Assembly (NCBI GenBank): GCA_026003075.1 | Contig: BPGO01000003.1 | Location: forward strand, 259,971-323,970 | Length of the DNA stretch: 64,000 nt | From: Fimbriimonadales bacterium | GTDB taxonomy: Bacteria; Armatimonadota; Fimbriimonadia; Fimbriimonadales; GBS-DC | Reading direction: 5' to 3' | Shown here: positions 62,040-64,000 of the stretch, piece after piece | Position numbering within the stretch: the first letter of the stretch is position 1 | Layout of the letters: each line of letters starts with the position of its first letter | The notes under the pieces: model-generated | What the model was told of the DNA's origin: nothing | Seen by the model: only the letters and a program-made list of their open reading frames with translations | The model's database searches: none | Made by a program: the position numbers and the translations under genes

Positions 62040-62162
62040 CAAAAGCAGGGATGCAAAACTTGCATCCCTGCCCAATAAACTCTACTGCCTTGGTGACATC
62101 ATTACGCGCAAGTGGTCTGCCTGAAACTCCACCCAGTACACATTTCCGTCGCGATCGACGTC
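61901..62162. repeat. 262-bp direct repeat, copy 2
   Basis: Matches 52276..52537. Confidence 0.95.
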
Positions 62163-63368
62163 GCACAATCTGTTGGCGAAATCGGTTTCCAGCGGCAGAT
62201 TGCGCGCACGCACACTTCTGAAATGACCCTGTGCGTCGAACTCCACGATTGCGAAGCCCCGATCTACGGTAAGCCATTCTCTCGCAGAAGCGGTCGGAAT
62301 AGCATGCCGCTCGATACGGGACGCCAGGTAAATCCGATATAGACGACCTTCGTTGTCCGTCATCACATTATCTGGCAACCAGCCGCGATAGGTGAATACA
62401 TACGCATCGAAAAGATTAGGCGCGTGCTGCGCGATGTCTACTTGCCACGAGAAGGTTCTCAAGACCTCACCGCTTGAATCGACGACCTTGTAAGGGAGAG
62501 ATGTATAAAGGTTGCACTGTTCCCTTTTGATTTCACGCTGTTCGCCAACGTCGTACAAGACGGTTTCATGCTGCCGAATGTATCCCTCTGTGAGAGGACG
62601 CTGGTAGTTAGCGGTGATGATTTCCCCACGATACCGATCAATACCCAGTGGGTTGAAAATTTCTATCGGGACAAGACGAGTCTGACCGTCTGGCGAAACG
62701 ATTAGCAGATTGTTTAGTCCTGACTCACCTTCTGGCACAGCCTCGCGACTCAAGAACACCCAGAAATAGATGCGTCCAAGACTATCTACCTCGCGAAAGA
62801 TGACCTTTTCCAAGTTATACTGGACACGCGCCGCACGTACCGAGCGTTGTAGCTGTTCAGACAAGGTCTTGTTGTAGCTCCCGTCAGAGTTGTAGACCTC
62901 CACCCCTTCATCGCCGCCAACATACAGGCGTCCGTCCCGATCCACCCGAAAATAGGAAGGGCGTCCCTTAATTATCTTGATCGTTCTCACCCATTCTCCC
63001 CTTCGGTTGTACACCTGTATCCACGGGGGCGATTCTTCCTTGGCTTCACGGACAGGAGTGTTCTCGTCGTCAAATTTAGGTATGGCGCGCATTGAGTCGC
63101 AAAAGTAAAAGAGTTGTCCATCCCAACTGACGCAGAAGTTGTCGACGCCCCCATACGGAGGGTCTTCCTCACCCTCCTCAGCGTCATCGCGTGAACAAAA
63201 CAGCACCATGCGCAGCTGCTGAGGATGGTCGCCAAACTTCACCTTGAACAGTTCCTGCTCTCGCGGTTGGGCAAGAGCGAGCCTTCCCAACGGCAGAACA
63301 GTGAGTAGAGCGAGCAGTATCGCTGTAAGCAGTCGCCAATCCCTTAGTGTTCGTCGATTATGTCGCAT
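62082..63368 (-). CDS. Secreted beta-propeller-like protein, paralogue 3
   Basis: Signal peptide ending ALA-QP; FCVSWDGQLFY, QVYNRRGEWVR, GIDRYRGEII, DVDRDGNVYWVEF, MSPRQ. Confidence 0.85.
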   Translation of the reverse strand: MRHNRRTLRDWRLLTAILLALLTVLPLGRLALAQPREQELFKVKFGDHPQQLRMVLFCSRDDAEEGEEDPPYGGVDNFCVSWDGQLFYFCDSMRAIPKFDDENTPVREAKEESPPWIQVYNRRGEWVRTIKIIKGRPSYFRVDRDGRLYVGGDEGVEVYNSDGSYNKTLSEQLQRSVRAARVQYNLEKVIFREVDSLGRIYFWVFLSREAVPEGESGLNNLLIVSPDGQTRLVPIEIFNPLGIDRYRGEIITANYQRPLTEGYIRQHETVLYDVGEQREIKREQCNLYTSLPYKVVDSSGEVLRTFSWQVDIAQHAPNLFDAYVFTYRGWLPDNVMTDNEGRLYRIYLASRIERHAIPTASAREWLTVDRGFAIVEFDAQGHFRSVRARNLPLETDFANRLCDVDRDGNVYWVEFQADHLRVMMSPRQ

Positions 63369-63371
63369 AGC

Positions 63372-64000
63372 TTACCTCCTTCTATCGGGAATGCGTCGAA
63401 CTTGATACCCGTGCGTGTTTGCATCCATGAGCCTTCTTAAGGCACACTGATGCCGTCCCGTGCGGTGATTTCCAGAAGCCTGCTGAGTCTGAATACGAAC
63501 CCTATTCGCGCTCGCACCCGTTGACTCGAGTAGATCGATGCGAGTTACCAAGTAGTCAGCAGTCTCTCCTCTTTCGTCCGCGATCGGGGTTTTATCGATA
63601 CCGTATACGAACATCACATGGCCTCTCCATTTCACTCTTTCTACCAGCTGACCAGTTCTCTGGTCGCGTACCCAATATGTCTCTGTACGACGCACTAAGA
63701 TGTCCCCTCTATCAATCTGGATTCGCGCCTCTCTCTCAGAAGAAAAGCCGTTTGTATAGCTTGACCCCATAAGCATGCCCGTGTTTATCTCTCTCCAATC
63801 TGCCGGCCAGGTAATTCCTTCCATTCGCGCGGCGGAAGTAACTAATTTGGAGCAGTCGATCCCGAAACCTTGATAGCCCCTTGACAAGTCCCTTAATTCA
63901 GGGTGTACATATCCTCCGAACCAGCAGCCGCCCAGCTCATATCGCACATTCTGAAACGCTGTCGCCCACTCCAGCAAGCGCAGCCGATAGTTTGTGTCGC
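63372..64000 (-). CDS. NlpC/P60 C-terminal region of another family member (5' end outside the window)
   Basis: NYRLRLLEWATAFQNVRYELGGCWFGG...GYQGFGIDCSKL...GDILV...GHV, homologous to the C-terminus of 57824..61225. Confidence 0.88.
   Translation of the reverse strand, partial: DTNYRLRLLEWATAFQNVRYELGGCWFGGYVHPELRDLSRGYQGFGIDCSKLVTSAARMEGITWPADWREINTGMLMGSSYTNGFSSEREARIQIDRGDILVRRTETYWVRDQRTGQLVERVKWRGHVMFVYGIDKTPIADERGETADYLVTRIDLLESTGASANRVRIQTQQASGNHRTGRHQCALRRLMDANTHGYQVRRIPDRRR

Noticed and set aside
52457-64000. Diversity-generating retroelement or integron explaining the cassette array
   Set aside because: No reverse transcriptase, no adenine-specific TR/VR pair, no integron integrase or attC-like sites were seen; repeat differences are mostly synonymous.

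Overview
GC-rich bacterial chromosomal window. Gene content (prepilin/H-X9-DG proteins, dockerin-like 'DDADLL..LF.FG' C-termini, a PEP-CTERM remnant) suggests Armatimonadota/Fimbriimonadales; this is inference. Positions 1-52.4 kb are mostly housekeeping and secreted-protein genes (trxA, dapD, mtaB, def/fmt, glmS, comEA and a ComEC-type MBL protein, polX, kdsB, tRNA-Cys, hybrid kinase plus Hpt, actP). Several single-base frameshifts suggest assembly indel errors. The striking part is 52.3-64 kb: a three-unit tandem array built on repeated copies of the actP 3' end. Each unit carries a secreted beta-propeller-like protein directly downstream of a large gene of one family. The only complete copy of that gene reads ECF-sigma / G11 tract / signal peptide / invasin-type Ig / NlpC-P60; one copy is internally deleted and one runs off the window. 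Unrelated cargo (Uma2 fragment plus restriction-modification pair; 5' part of purL) is fused to the next actP tail. This reads as a candidate polymorphic NlpC/P60 effector-immunity locus with its own sigma factor. Other points: a palindromic repeat inserted in fmt, a probable CTG start for fmt, a candidate sRNA beside tRNA-Cys, and widespread leaderless-type promoters.
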